Shown: positions 1 through 8,770 of the stretch, one piece after another
Layout of the letters: each line of letters begins with the position of its first letter
How positions within the stretch are numbered: the stretch's first letter is position 1
Assembly (NCBI RefSeq): GCF_006345805.1
Contig: NW_021825409.1
Coordinates: 1 to 15,519, forward strand
DNA length: 15,519 nucleotides
Direction of reading: 5' to 3'
DNA from: Octopus sinensis
Lineage: Eukaryota
Made by a program: the position numbers and the translations under genes
The notes under the pieces: generated by a model
What the model was told of the DNA's origin: nothing
Database searches by the model: none
Seen by the model: the letters and a program-made list of their open reading frames with translations, nothing else

Positions 1-124
1 TACATATTATATATATTATATATATAATATATATTATATAATATATATATATAAATATATATATATACTATAGTTATATATATATATATATATACATATA
101 TATATTATATACATATACATATAT

Positions 125-168
<44 letters not shown>

Positions 169-525
169 TACATATATCAATATACATATATATGTGTGTC
201 TGTGTGTGGCTGTGTATATGTATATATATATATATATATGTATAGGTATACACATAAATATATACATACACAAATACGTATACAACTATGCATGTGTATG
301 TATATGTTATATGTGCGTGAGTGAGTGTATGTATGTGCATGTGTGTGTGTATACGTTCGCACACAATAAAATGTTTGACTGCTTCATATATTTCCTATTG
401 TAATCAGAGAAAAATTCTTTGTTCTAACCTCGCTTTCCATGTATATATTCATGCGTACGAATATATGTACATATGTATGTATGTGTGTGCGTGTATGTGC
501 CTATATATGTGTGTATATATATATG

Positions 526-556
<31 letters not shown>

Positions 557-830
557 ATGTGTGTGTGTGTGTGTGTGTATTTGTGTGTATAAATATATGT
601 ATATATATATATGTATATATATATGTATATAAATGTGTATATATATATATGCGTACATGTGCAGTTATGCATATTGACGCATATCACAGACACACACTTT
701 TATATACATGCACTCACACGCATACACTCATACACACATATGTATATGGATACGTATATATATGTGTGTGTGCATGTATATGCATATATATATATACATG
801 TATGTATGTATGTATTTGTGTATGCATAAT
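1..830. repeat. Compound (TA)n/(TG)n/(TATG)n microsatellite with a short unique interruption (~360-440)
   Basis: Directly visible dinucleotide runs; the overlapping ORFs are YI/HT/CV repeats. Confidence 0.95.
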
Positions 831-1504
831 TTTCTCTGTAACTGATTGTCTAACGATATACGTCCAGTCATTAATACCAACCGACAATTTTGGGTGAAGT
901 GACTGGCAGAGCAAATAATTGACCATCTTGTAGTCGCCTACTAAACTATCGGTCATTGTGTTCCAAATTTCTCTCTTCACTAGCCATGCGTCCATTCTCC
1001 ATCCGCCTACCGTCTACTCCATGGTCCATGATCTACCTCATCTCCTTTCCTTTCTTTCTCCTATACAACACACGCCTTCTCTCTCAACAACACACCCGAA
1101 ACCTCTCAACAAGACACTCCAAAGCACTCCCCAACACGCTCAAATCCCTGACCAGCGTCCGCTAGTCTTGGTTACCATCACTCGCTGATCTCTGAACCAC
1201 AGACTTGTGGTCTCCACAATCGTATTCTTCCACTGCTACTACAGTATTCTCTCAGATCCTTATGGTCAGTCAATCTCGTTTCATTTCCACTTGGGTCTAC
1301 CCAACTTACATGTGCTTACTCTTATCTCGTCCCCCACCACTCCAGTTCCTGCATTATCGACTTACCTAGTCTTACTTCCATATGAAAACATTGAAAACAA
1401 AAGCTTTACCCCCATTAACACCCTTTCAATGTCTTCTTAGTTACCTATTAAAAATAATTAAGAAGCTATCTTCTTAATTTCCAGTTTTCTCCTGGATATG
1501 AATG

Positions 1505-1890
1505 TAAAGCGCATCCGAGAGTGTGTCCCAGGTTCGGGAGTTCCTGATTGTTGAGGTATATGGGACCACCTCTTAGTCACTACTATTCCCGGATTTACTT
1601 TGAACCGGAACCGGAAGAGTAGCACATGTCGGTCTCCTAGCTATGAGTTGATCAGCATATTAGCGCTTGCCTAACTATGAATGTGAAGAATTGATCCAGC
1701 GGAGACTGCGAAAGAAACGGAGGGTAAGATGGCTGCAGTAACGCATTGTGGAGTGCAGAGAGCAGGATGAGACAAGGTAAGACATCTTGGCCATCCACTG
1801 TATACTTCTCCATCTTCAGTCATCTTGAGCCTCGTCTTGCCACTGGATTGAAGATGGTTGCAGATGCAATAGTCAGGTTGATGTTGCACA
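1505..1890 (+). mobile_element. Probable old interspersed repeat, resembling an RTE-type LINE 5'UTR or derived non-autonomous element
   Basis: GC-richer block with CATCCACTG...GCCACTGG...TGCAA motifs recalled from RTE 5'UTRs; 12-bp stem 1810-1821/1846-1857. Single copy in the window, so the assignment is from memory only. Confidence 0.35.
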
Positions 1891-2244
1891 ACTCTTCTTC
1901 ACATTAAACACCCACAGCGCATGTTATCAGTCATCCTTAAAGATAACGAGATGCTCCTCATCGTTCAGCGCTCTTTTTAGATCCCATCACTTTTTACACC
2001 CCCATTAATTCTCTTGTAATTTCTAATTAACTTCCAGAGAATTTGATTAATTCCTTGACAACAATATAGTCTAATAATAGTTAAATCTCCCGCAACATAC
2101 TCCGCCAATTAAGCTGGTTAATGTAGTTGCCGCATGAAAATCACTGCCGTCATATTAATATCATTATACTGTTCTTTGTTGTTCCTTTGGTTTAAAGGTT
2201 TCTAGATATGAAAATCCCGTCCTTTGCTCATATGTTGTATAACT

Positions 2245-2636
2245 TAAATGGAAGCACTCCGTCGGTTACGACGATGAGGGTTCCGGTTGATCCGAATCAA
2301 CGGAACAGCCTGCTCGTGAAATTAACGTGTAAGTGGCTGAGCACTCCACAGACACGTGCACCCTTAACTTAGTTTCTCGGGGATATTCAGCGTGGACACA
2401 GAGAGTGACAAGGCCGGCCCTTGAAATACAGGTACAACAGAAACAGGAAGTAAGAGTGAGAGAAAGTTGTGGTAAAGAGTACAGCAGGGATCACCGCCAT
2501 CCCCTGCCGGAGCCTCGTGGAGCTTTTAGGTGTTTTCGATCAATAAACACTCACAACGCCCGGTTTGGGTATCGAAACCGCGATCCTATGACCTCGAGTC
2601 CACTGCCCTAACCAATGGGCCATTGCGCCTCCACAC
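2245..2636 (-). mobile_element. Full-length ~390-bp tRNA-derived SINE (family C here; resembles octopus OR-type SINEs)
   Basis: Minus strand begins GGAGGCGCAATGGCCCATTGGTTAGGGCAG (A box) ... GGTTTCGATACCC (B box); 9-bp TSD TGTATAACT at 2236-2244 and 2637-2645. Confidence 0.9.
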
Positions 2637-2829
2637 TGTATAACTAGAACCACATTATCTATCCAAAGCGTCCTTCTTTTTGTTTAAAACGTCAGATATT
2701 GTTTTGAAGATTTGGCTGTTACTACTCGCAGACCGATCAACCGTGTTGAAACTCTTTCGTTCGCTAAATTTGTTTCAATGTATGAAGGTATATTGCGCAT
2801 ATGTGTGGCTCTATGTTTCCATGTAAGCG

Positions 2830-2925
2830 CTGATGTGTCCGCTTGATTAAGAATTTTGCTTTGCAGCCGTAAGGTGCCAGGTCTAATTCCACCGCACGGA
2901 TTTTATGGAAGTGTCCACTATCACA
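2830..2925 (+). mobile_element. Highly diverged 5' head of a family B-like SINE
   Basis: GATTAAGAATTTTGCTTTGCAGCCGTAAGGTGCCAGGTCTAATTCCACCGCACGG aligns loosely with the family B head GGTAAGTAGCTTGCTT..AACCACATG.TTCCGGGTTCAGTCC.ACTGCGTGG seen on the minus strand at ~15160-15215. Confidence 0.45.
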
Positions 2926-3360
2926 ACCAGGGGTGTGGGGCATTCGGCCATTTAGACTTTCATTTCACTGCTTGACACAGCTGATTAGTTTGCAGAATGT
3001 AGTCGGGTCGTGTAGACAATTTAGAAGCACTTTATGCAATGAAGTTTTATATTTAACTGGGCAAAAACTTTACTGAATTTGTGAAATGCGCTAGACTGCT
3101 TATGGATTAACTTGTATGAAGCGATCATTTGTTTTTCGCTGGCACAAGAAGCCAGGCAAAGCAAATCTATTGGCAATCTAACGAGGATCCCCTTTGTCAA
3201 CATCAAGGGCATCATCTATATCTGTCGGGTTCCGTATGGCCTGACAGTCAACAAAGAGTGCTGTGTTTAGGTTTTGAAAGAGTTCAGAAAGAGACATCAT
3301 TGTAAAAGGCCAGAGCGCCTACACCAGGTTAATGCATCAGTCCACACTTCCATCTTTATA

Positions 3361-3583
3361 TATTTCTTTAATACCCACAAGGGGCTAAATACAGAGGAGC
3401 AAACGAGGACAGACAAACGGATTAAGTCGATTACATTGACCCCAGTGCGTAACTGGTACTTAATTTAACGACCCCGAAAGGATGAAAGGCAAAGTCGACC
3501 TCGGCGGAATTTGAACCCAGAACGTAACGGCAGACGAAATACGGCTACGCATTTCGTCCGGCGTGCTAACGTTTCTGCCAGCT
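3361..3583 (-). mobile_element. tRNA-derived SINE family A, tail type 1, nested in the mariner
   Basis: Minus strand AGCTGGCAGAAACGTTAGC (A box-like) ... GGTTCAAATTCC (B box); 14-bp TSD CTTCCATCTTTATA at 3347-3360 and 3584-3597; homologous to 3752-3985. Confidence 0.95.
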
Positions 3584-3751
3584 CTTCCATCTTTATAATC
3601 AAATACTTGACCGAGATAGACATCGAAGCTGTCTCTCACTCTCCTTACAATTCAGATCTTGCTCTCTGTGACCTTTAGTTGTTCCCAAAGCGGAAGTAGA
3701 TGTAGGAAGCTGTGACAAAGGGTCCCAGACACCTTCGTTTTGGAAGACTTC

Positions 3752-3985
3752 ATATTTCTTTATTGCCCACAAGGAACTAAACATATAGGGGGCAAACAAG
3801 GACAGACAAAGGGGTTTAAGTCGATTACATCGACCCCAGTGCGTAACTGGTACTTATTTTAATCGACCCCGAAAGGATGAAAGGCAAAGTCGACATCGGC
3901 GGAATTTGAACTCAGAACGTAACGGCAGACGAAATACGGCTACGCATTTCGCCCGGCGTGCTAACGTTTCTGCCAGCTCTCCGAC
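3752..3985 (-). mobile_element. tRNA-derived SINE family A, tail type 1, nested in the mariner
   Basis: Closely similar to 3361-3583; 14-bp TSD TTTTGGAAGACTTC at 3738-3751 and 3986-3999. Confidence 0.95.
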
Positions 3986-4164
3986 TTTTGGAAGACTTCT
4001 ATGGGTCCTTCTACAAAATGGCTGGAGTACTTCAACACGTGCGTTGAAGACACGTGATCCTACTTTGAAGGACATTAGAGTTTTGTACTTCTTTGAAATT
4101 ATTAAATGTCTCTCCGGAAAAAGTCTCAAAGCTTTTGGAATGCAACTTGTATTTAAATGCAACT

Positions 4165-4241
4165 GTTTGTATGTGTGTATCCATATGTATGTATGTATAT
4201 GTGTATGTGTCTGTATGTGTACGCATATACGTGAATGTGTG

Positions 4242-4281
<40 letters not shown>

Positions 4282-4693
4282 CGTGTGTACGTGTGTGTAT
4301 TTCTGAGTGTATATACATGGAAGTATGTGTATAAGCGGTGTAAATAGTTATTAGTATGTTCGTGTATGTGCATCTTGGCGTATGTGTGTATGAATATATA
4401 TGTATAGGTATGTACCTGTGTACGCTTTAAGTGTGAATATATGTGTGGGTATGTGTGTGTGTTTGTGTGTGTTTCTGTGTGTGTGTGTGTGTGTGCGTGA
4501 GAGAGAGAGTGTGTGTGTACGTACGAGGGTATATGTGTATGCGTACATGTGCGAACAAACATCCAGGTACGAAACAGGAAGCTTAAGTTTGTTCGTATGT
4601 ATGTGCGTATATGTATATATTTGTACCTGGGTGTATAAACCTGTATATGGTACTGTGTATATATGCATGTATGTGTGCATAATATATTTATTA

Positions 4694-4738
<45 letters not shown>

Positions 4739-4801
4739 TAATGTATACACGGACGTATATATGTGTATTATAATATATATATATATTTATCTATGTATGT
4801 A

Positions 4802-4833
<32 letters not shown>

Positions 4834-4955
4834 GTATATATATATGTATATATATATATATATATATGTATGTATACACGGACATATATATGTGTAATAT
4901 ATATATATTTATCTATGTATGTATATATATATATATATAATATATATATACATAC

Positions 4956-4988
<33 letters not shown>

Positions 4989-5110
4989 GTATACATACAT
5001 ATATATGTATAAAAATATATAATATATATATATGATGTATGTATGTATGTATAAATATATGTATATATATGTATGTCTATGTATGGTGTATATATATATG
5101 TATGCATATG
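4165..5110. repeat. Compound (TG)n/(TA)n microsatellite
   Basis: Directly visible. Confidence 0.95.
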
Positions 5111-5477
5111 TTTACGATACGACAGAAGAAGAGAAAAGAAGCACACCCATTCGTCACAATCTAAGCGAAATATACATAGATTTAATAATGTCGATATTGG
5201 AATAGCTTCTGTGAAAACCTACAATTACGTCGGCAACAGATAACTAATGTCTTATGTCTTCTAATGAGGTTCTTAATAATCAAGGATTATGGCGGCCATC
5301 TTCTCTCAGGTTTTTGTTTCTGTTGTGGCAGCGCGGCTAACTGTCTTCTATTACACCACCATACCATAACAATGTTACAATATTGGCAGTGCGGAACCAC
5401 TCACCATTTCTCTTTGAACTCAATCTCTATTCTATCTTTACTTATTATTCTACGTTTTTGTTTTCATTTTCTTTTTT

Positions 5478-5658
5478 GCTTTCTTTCTTTCTTTCTTTCT
5501 TTCTTTCTGTCTTTTTTGTTTCCGTATTTCCCTTCTCCTTTGTCTCCATTTCTTCTTCTTCTTCTTCTTCTTCTTCTTCTTCTTCTTCTTCTTCTTCTTC
5601 TTCTTCCCCTTCTTCTTCTTCTTCTTCTTCTTCTTCTTCTTCTTCTTCTTCTTCTTCT

Positions 5659-5718
<60 letters not shown>

Positions 5719-5770
5719 CCATAATCATCATAATCACCATAATCATCATTATCATCATCATGATTATTAT
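5478..5770. repeat. (TTTC)n, (TTC)n, then (ATC)n compound microsatellite
   Basis: Directly visible; source of the poly-L/H/S/D/E ORFs. Confidence 0.95.
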
Positions 5771-5772
5771 TT

Positions 5773-5914
5773 TGAGTCAAAATTCCGCCGATGTCGACTT
5801 TGCCTTTCAGCCTTTCGGGATCGATAAAATAAGTACCAGCTACGCACTGGTGTCGATGTAATAGACTAGACTCCCTCCCGCAAAATTTCAGCCCTTGTGC
5901 CTTTAGTAGAAAGG
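5773..5914 (+). mobile_element. 5'-truncated SINE family A, tail type 2 (...AGAAAGG+ATT repeats)
   Basis: AATTCCGCCGATGTCGACTTTGCCTTTCA..CGATAAAATAAGTACCAG matches the reverse complement of the 3361/3752 copies; the 3' tail differs. Confidence 0.9.
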
Positions 5915-5927
5915 ATTATTATAATTA

Positions 5928-5986
<59 letters not shown>

Positions 5987-5998
5987 GTATTGTTATTG

Positions 5999-6065
<67 letters not shown>

Positions 6066-6074
6066 CATTATTAT
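5915..6074. repeat. (ATT)n microsatellite
   Basis: Directly visible. Confidence 0.95.
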
Positions 6075-6366
6075 ATGGTCCGTGTTAACGAGCCTACTTT
6101 AAGCATGCGCTTTTGAGTTTCCAAGGCTGAGTGAGAGAGAGAGAAAGATGGGGAGAGGGCTGTTGCCCAGAGTTTGGGGCGCCTGTGGAGGTTTTTTGTG
6201 GGGTTTCCATGAGTAGCCCAGAGTTGCTTCCCTCTTTTAGGCTTTTCCTTTTTTATATTTTTCATTGTTATCGACTTTTTAGACGACACTTTATGTAACC
6301 CCACTTTGTTTTCATGTTTTCTAATGTCCAATCTATTTTGTCAGCCTTGTTGCTATAAAGAAAGGA
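6075..6366 (+). mobile_element. 3' end of a non-LTR retrotransposon-like element (possibly L1/Tx1 clade): last codons plus 3'UTR
   Basis: MVRVNEPTLSMRF* (6075-6116), then a T-rich UTR ending ATAAAGAAAGG+(ATT)n; second copy inverted at 7837-7952. The clade is inferred. Confidence 0.65.
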
Positions 6367-6603
6367 TTATTATATTATTATTATTAGTTTATTATATTAT
6401 TATTATTATTATTATGATTATGATTATGATTATGATTATTATTTCATATTATTATTATTATATTATTATTATTATTATATTATTATTGTGTTGTTCTGGT
6501 TGTTTTGTTGTGTTGTTATTGTTATCATCATCATCATCATCATCATCATCATATTATTATTATTATTTTAGTTATTTTATTATTATTATTATTATTATAT
6601 TAT
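6367..6603. repeat. Degenerate (ATT)n/(GTT)n/(ATC)n array
   Basis: Directly visible. Confidence 0.95.
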
Positions 6604-6912
6604 ATGTTTGACCTTTGAGTTACATTTGTACAAGTGGCTCAAGTCTCAACCAAGAGACCTCAAGCGACAACAGGTTGGAAGTTCATGTTGTTGTTATGCC
6701 TGAGTGTGTCATATATTGGTTTTGTATTTAGTGTGTGTTGTACTAGTGAATGCCTAAAAAAATGTTTGTTTTAAAACTTGAGACTACATAAAAAGTATTT
6801 TGCGTAGGATATAAATTTCTGCCATTTTTGGGTTTCCTGGTATCCGAGTTAGGTAGCAATCAGCCCCTTTTGCTATCATTCCCAGGGCACCTATGACAAC
6901 AGATATTGTTTT
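6604..6912 (-). mobile_element. 5'-truncated R4/Dong-clade LINE (C-terminus of the restriction-like endonuclease domain plus 3'UTR)
   Basis: Minus frame 6912-6784 reads KTISVVIGALGMIAKGADCYLTRIPGNPKMAEIYILRKILFM*, matching the R4/Dong C-terminal PVVIGALG...ILRK.L signature; flanked on both sides by (TAA)n, the known Dong target. Confidence 0.85.
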
Positions 6913-7063
6913 TATTATTTTCTTCTTCTTCTTCTTCTTCTTCTATTATATTATTATTATTCTTATTATTATTATTATTATTATTATTTATTATTATTAT
7001 TATTATTATATCATTATCATTATTATTTATTATTATTATTATTATTATTATATATTATATTAT
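6913..7063. repeat. (TTC)n/(ATT)n array
   Basis: Directly visible. Confidence 0.95.
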
Positions 7064-7623
7064 TGAGTTTGATAGAGAGCAGTGCATGCCATCAAAGTGA
7101 CACTGGGGTAAAATATACGAAGCCCAGTATAACCCATCATGACTACCCGTCTGATAAGGATACACCAGACACATGCATCAGAAACATATGTGCGCGACAT
7201 GGTGATCTCATATCAAGATAAACAGCGCATGACCTTGCAGGTGGGGCCCGGTTAGAATTTTGTTCAGGTCGAGTAGCCCATCCTACTCAAAAGGTCCCTG
7301 AATAAGTGTTGTTTAAGGATGTTGAATGAAACACTCATGTTTCCAGAGGTGAATTATTCAAACCCCAAAGAATCCCTCTCAACACATGACTATGATGCTC
7401 CCCCACTACTTCTGCTTGTGATCAGAGATGCACATATCGTCAGCCACTAAGGGACATGCTGAACTGGTAAAATTCAAACAACTGACAAGCAAATCTGTGA
7501 TATTGAGCAGAATATTTGCTGTAGCCCATCTTATATACCAAGACAGAACAATGTACATGATAACACTTCCAATCAGTTAAGATCAGAAGCCATGAGAGCT
7601 ACTGCCTGGTACTGCATCAGGGC

Positions 7624-7625
<2 letters not shown>
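7064..7625. mobile_element. Unclassified ~560-bp non-coding element inserted in an (ATT)n array
   Basis: Complex sequence with sharp borders to (ATT)n on both sides; no long ORF and no Pol III boxes recognised; recalled as an abundant octopus repeat but single-copy in this window. Confidence 0.55.
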
Positions 7626-7667
<42 letters not shown>

Positions 7668-7668
7668 T

Positions 7669-7797
7669 TAAACATCGCAGAGTATACAATATCGTGAGGT
7701 TGTTGATTGAAGACGCTGTGTCTACCGGGGTTTTCTACTGTTGGACACAATATCTTCAATCAACAACCTCACGATATTGTATACTGTGCGACGTCTA
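7669..7797. repeat. ~129-bp foldback palindrome
   Basis: 33-bp perfect inverted arms at 7681-7713 and 7753-7785, extending imperfectly inward and outward. Confidence 0.95.
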
Positions 7798-7836
7798 TAA
7801 TAATAATAGTAATAATAATGATAATAACAACAATAT

Positions 7837-7952
7837 TCCTTTCTTTATTAGCTACCAGGGCCGACAGAAATAAGGTTGGACATTACAAAACATCAAGGAC
7901 AAAGTGGGTTTACATAAAGTCTCGTGTAAAATGTCACGTAAAACTATTATCG
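7837..7952 (-). mobile_element. Short 3'-terminal copy of the 6075-6366 element
   Basis: Reverse complement ACTTTATGTAAACCCACTTTGTCC..TAATGTCCAA..GCTAATAAAGAAAGGA matches 6287-6366; its tail is the (AAT)n at 7798-7836. Confidence 0.85.
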
Positions 7953-8349
7953 TTACTCTGATACTCTTTTACTTGTTTCGGTCATTTGACTGCGGCCATG
8001 CTGGAGCACCGCCTTTAGTCGAGCAAATCGACCCCAGGACTTATTCTTTTTGTAAGCCGAGTACTTATTCTATCGTTGTCTCTTTTGCCGAACCGCTAAG
8101 TTACGGGGACTTAAAAACACCAGCATCGGTTGTCAAGCGATGTTGGGGGGACAAACACAGACACAAACATATACACACACATACATACATATACACATAC
8201 ACGACGGGCTTCTTTCAGTTTCCGTCTGCCAAATCCACTCATAAGGCTTTGGTCGGCCCGAGGCTATAGTAAAAGACAGTTGCCCAAGGTGAACCCGGAA
8301 CCATGTGGTTGGTAAGCAAGCTACTTACCACACAGCCACTCCTACGCCT
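7953..8349 (-). mobile_element. Full-length tRNA-derived SINE family B with an internal microsatellite (resembles octopus OK-type SINE)
   Basis: Minus strand AGGCGTAGGAGTGGCTGTGTGGTAAG (A box) ... GGTTCCGGGTTC; homologous along its length to 14798-15225. Confidence 0.92.
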
Positions 8350-8364
8350 TATTATTTTTTTTAC

Positions 8365-8550
8365 GAAATACTAGCGGCATTTCGTCCGCATTTATGTTCT
8401 GAGTTCAAATTCTACCAAGATCGAGTTACCCTTTCATTTTTTCAGGGTCGATAAATAAAGTACCAGTTAAGTACTAGGGTCTGTGCAATCGATTAGCCCT
8501 CTTCTCTTCACACCAAATTGTGCCAATATGAGAAAGGAGCATTATTATTG
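8365..8550 (+). mobile_element. Diverged SINE family A, tail type 2-like (AGAAAGG)
   Basis: GCATTTCGTCCG..GTTCTGAGTTCAAATT..GGGTCGATAAA..AGTACCAG. Confidence 0.85.
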
Positions 8551-8554
8551 CTTA

Positions 8555-8770
8555 TGCGGCAGCTGAAATATCCGGTAACGAGTCGGACAAAATGCTTAGC
8601 AGCATTTCGTCCGTCTTTACGTTCTGAGTTCAAATTGCGCCGAGGTAAACTTTGTCTTTCATCTTTACGGGGTCGATAAAATAAGTACCAGTCAAGTACT
8701 GGGGTCGATGTTATCAGCTTCACCCTCCTCTCAATGACTGTTGGTCCTGTGCCAAAATTTAAAACCATTA
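8555..8770 (+). mobile_element. SINE family A, tail type 3 (TGTGCCAAAATTTAAAACC+ATT)
   Basis: Full head, GTTCTGAGTTCAAATT B box and shared core; lies in tandem behind 8365-8550. Confidence 0.88.

Larger units (their letters stand above)
2997..4078 (+). pseudogene. Mariner transposase pseudogene (stops, frameshifts, internal deletion, two SINE insertions)
   Basis: Manual translation: M*SGRVDNLEALYAMKFYI*LGKN / EMR*TAYGLTCMKRSFVFRWHKK (N-terminal HTH); ARQSKS...GIIY...VPYGLTVNKECCV*VLKEFRKR..KRPE; HQVNASVHTS (HxDNAPxH); HSPYNSDLALCDL*LFPK (YSPDLAPxD); KWLEYFNTCVEDT*SYFEGH* (C-terminal GxYFE). Confidence 0.92.
2934..4151 (+). mobile_element. Decayed, internally deleted Tc1/mariner (DD34D mariner) DNA transposon containing two nested SINEs
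   Basis: Degenerate terminal inverted repeats: GGGGCATTC..TTTAGACTTT (2937-2960) vs AAAGTCTCAAAGCTTTTGGAATGCAACTTG|TA (4120-4151); transposase remnants lie between them. Confidence 0.85.

Noticed and set aside
34-897. Many overlapping ORFs rich in YI/CV/HT
   Set aside because: Stop-free translation of dinucleotide repeats in several frames; the same holds for 4032-5146 and 13382-14107
2333-2611. 92-aa ORF with normal-looking composition
   Set aside because: Lies wholly antisense within a SINE bounded by TSDs
2560-2634. tRNA-like head as a true tRNA gene
   Set aside because: A and B boxes are present, but I see no proper acceptor stem and it runs into a SINE body with a TSD
3854-4334. 154-aa and 142-aa ORFs
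   Set aside because: Chimeric read-through of SINE, mariner end and microsatellite
5264-5827. 187-aa poly-L/poly-H ORF and antisense poly-D/E ORF
   Set aside because: Produced by (TTC)n(ATC)n and ends inside a SINE; no domain features
7600-7625. Minus-strand GCCCTGATGC as a hammerhead core
   Set aside because: CTGATGC lacks A9 and there is no downstream GAAA/NUH in register
7904-8315. 121-aa ORF (…CGHAGAPPLVEQIDPRTYS…)
   Set aside because: Antisense translation of SINE family B
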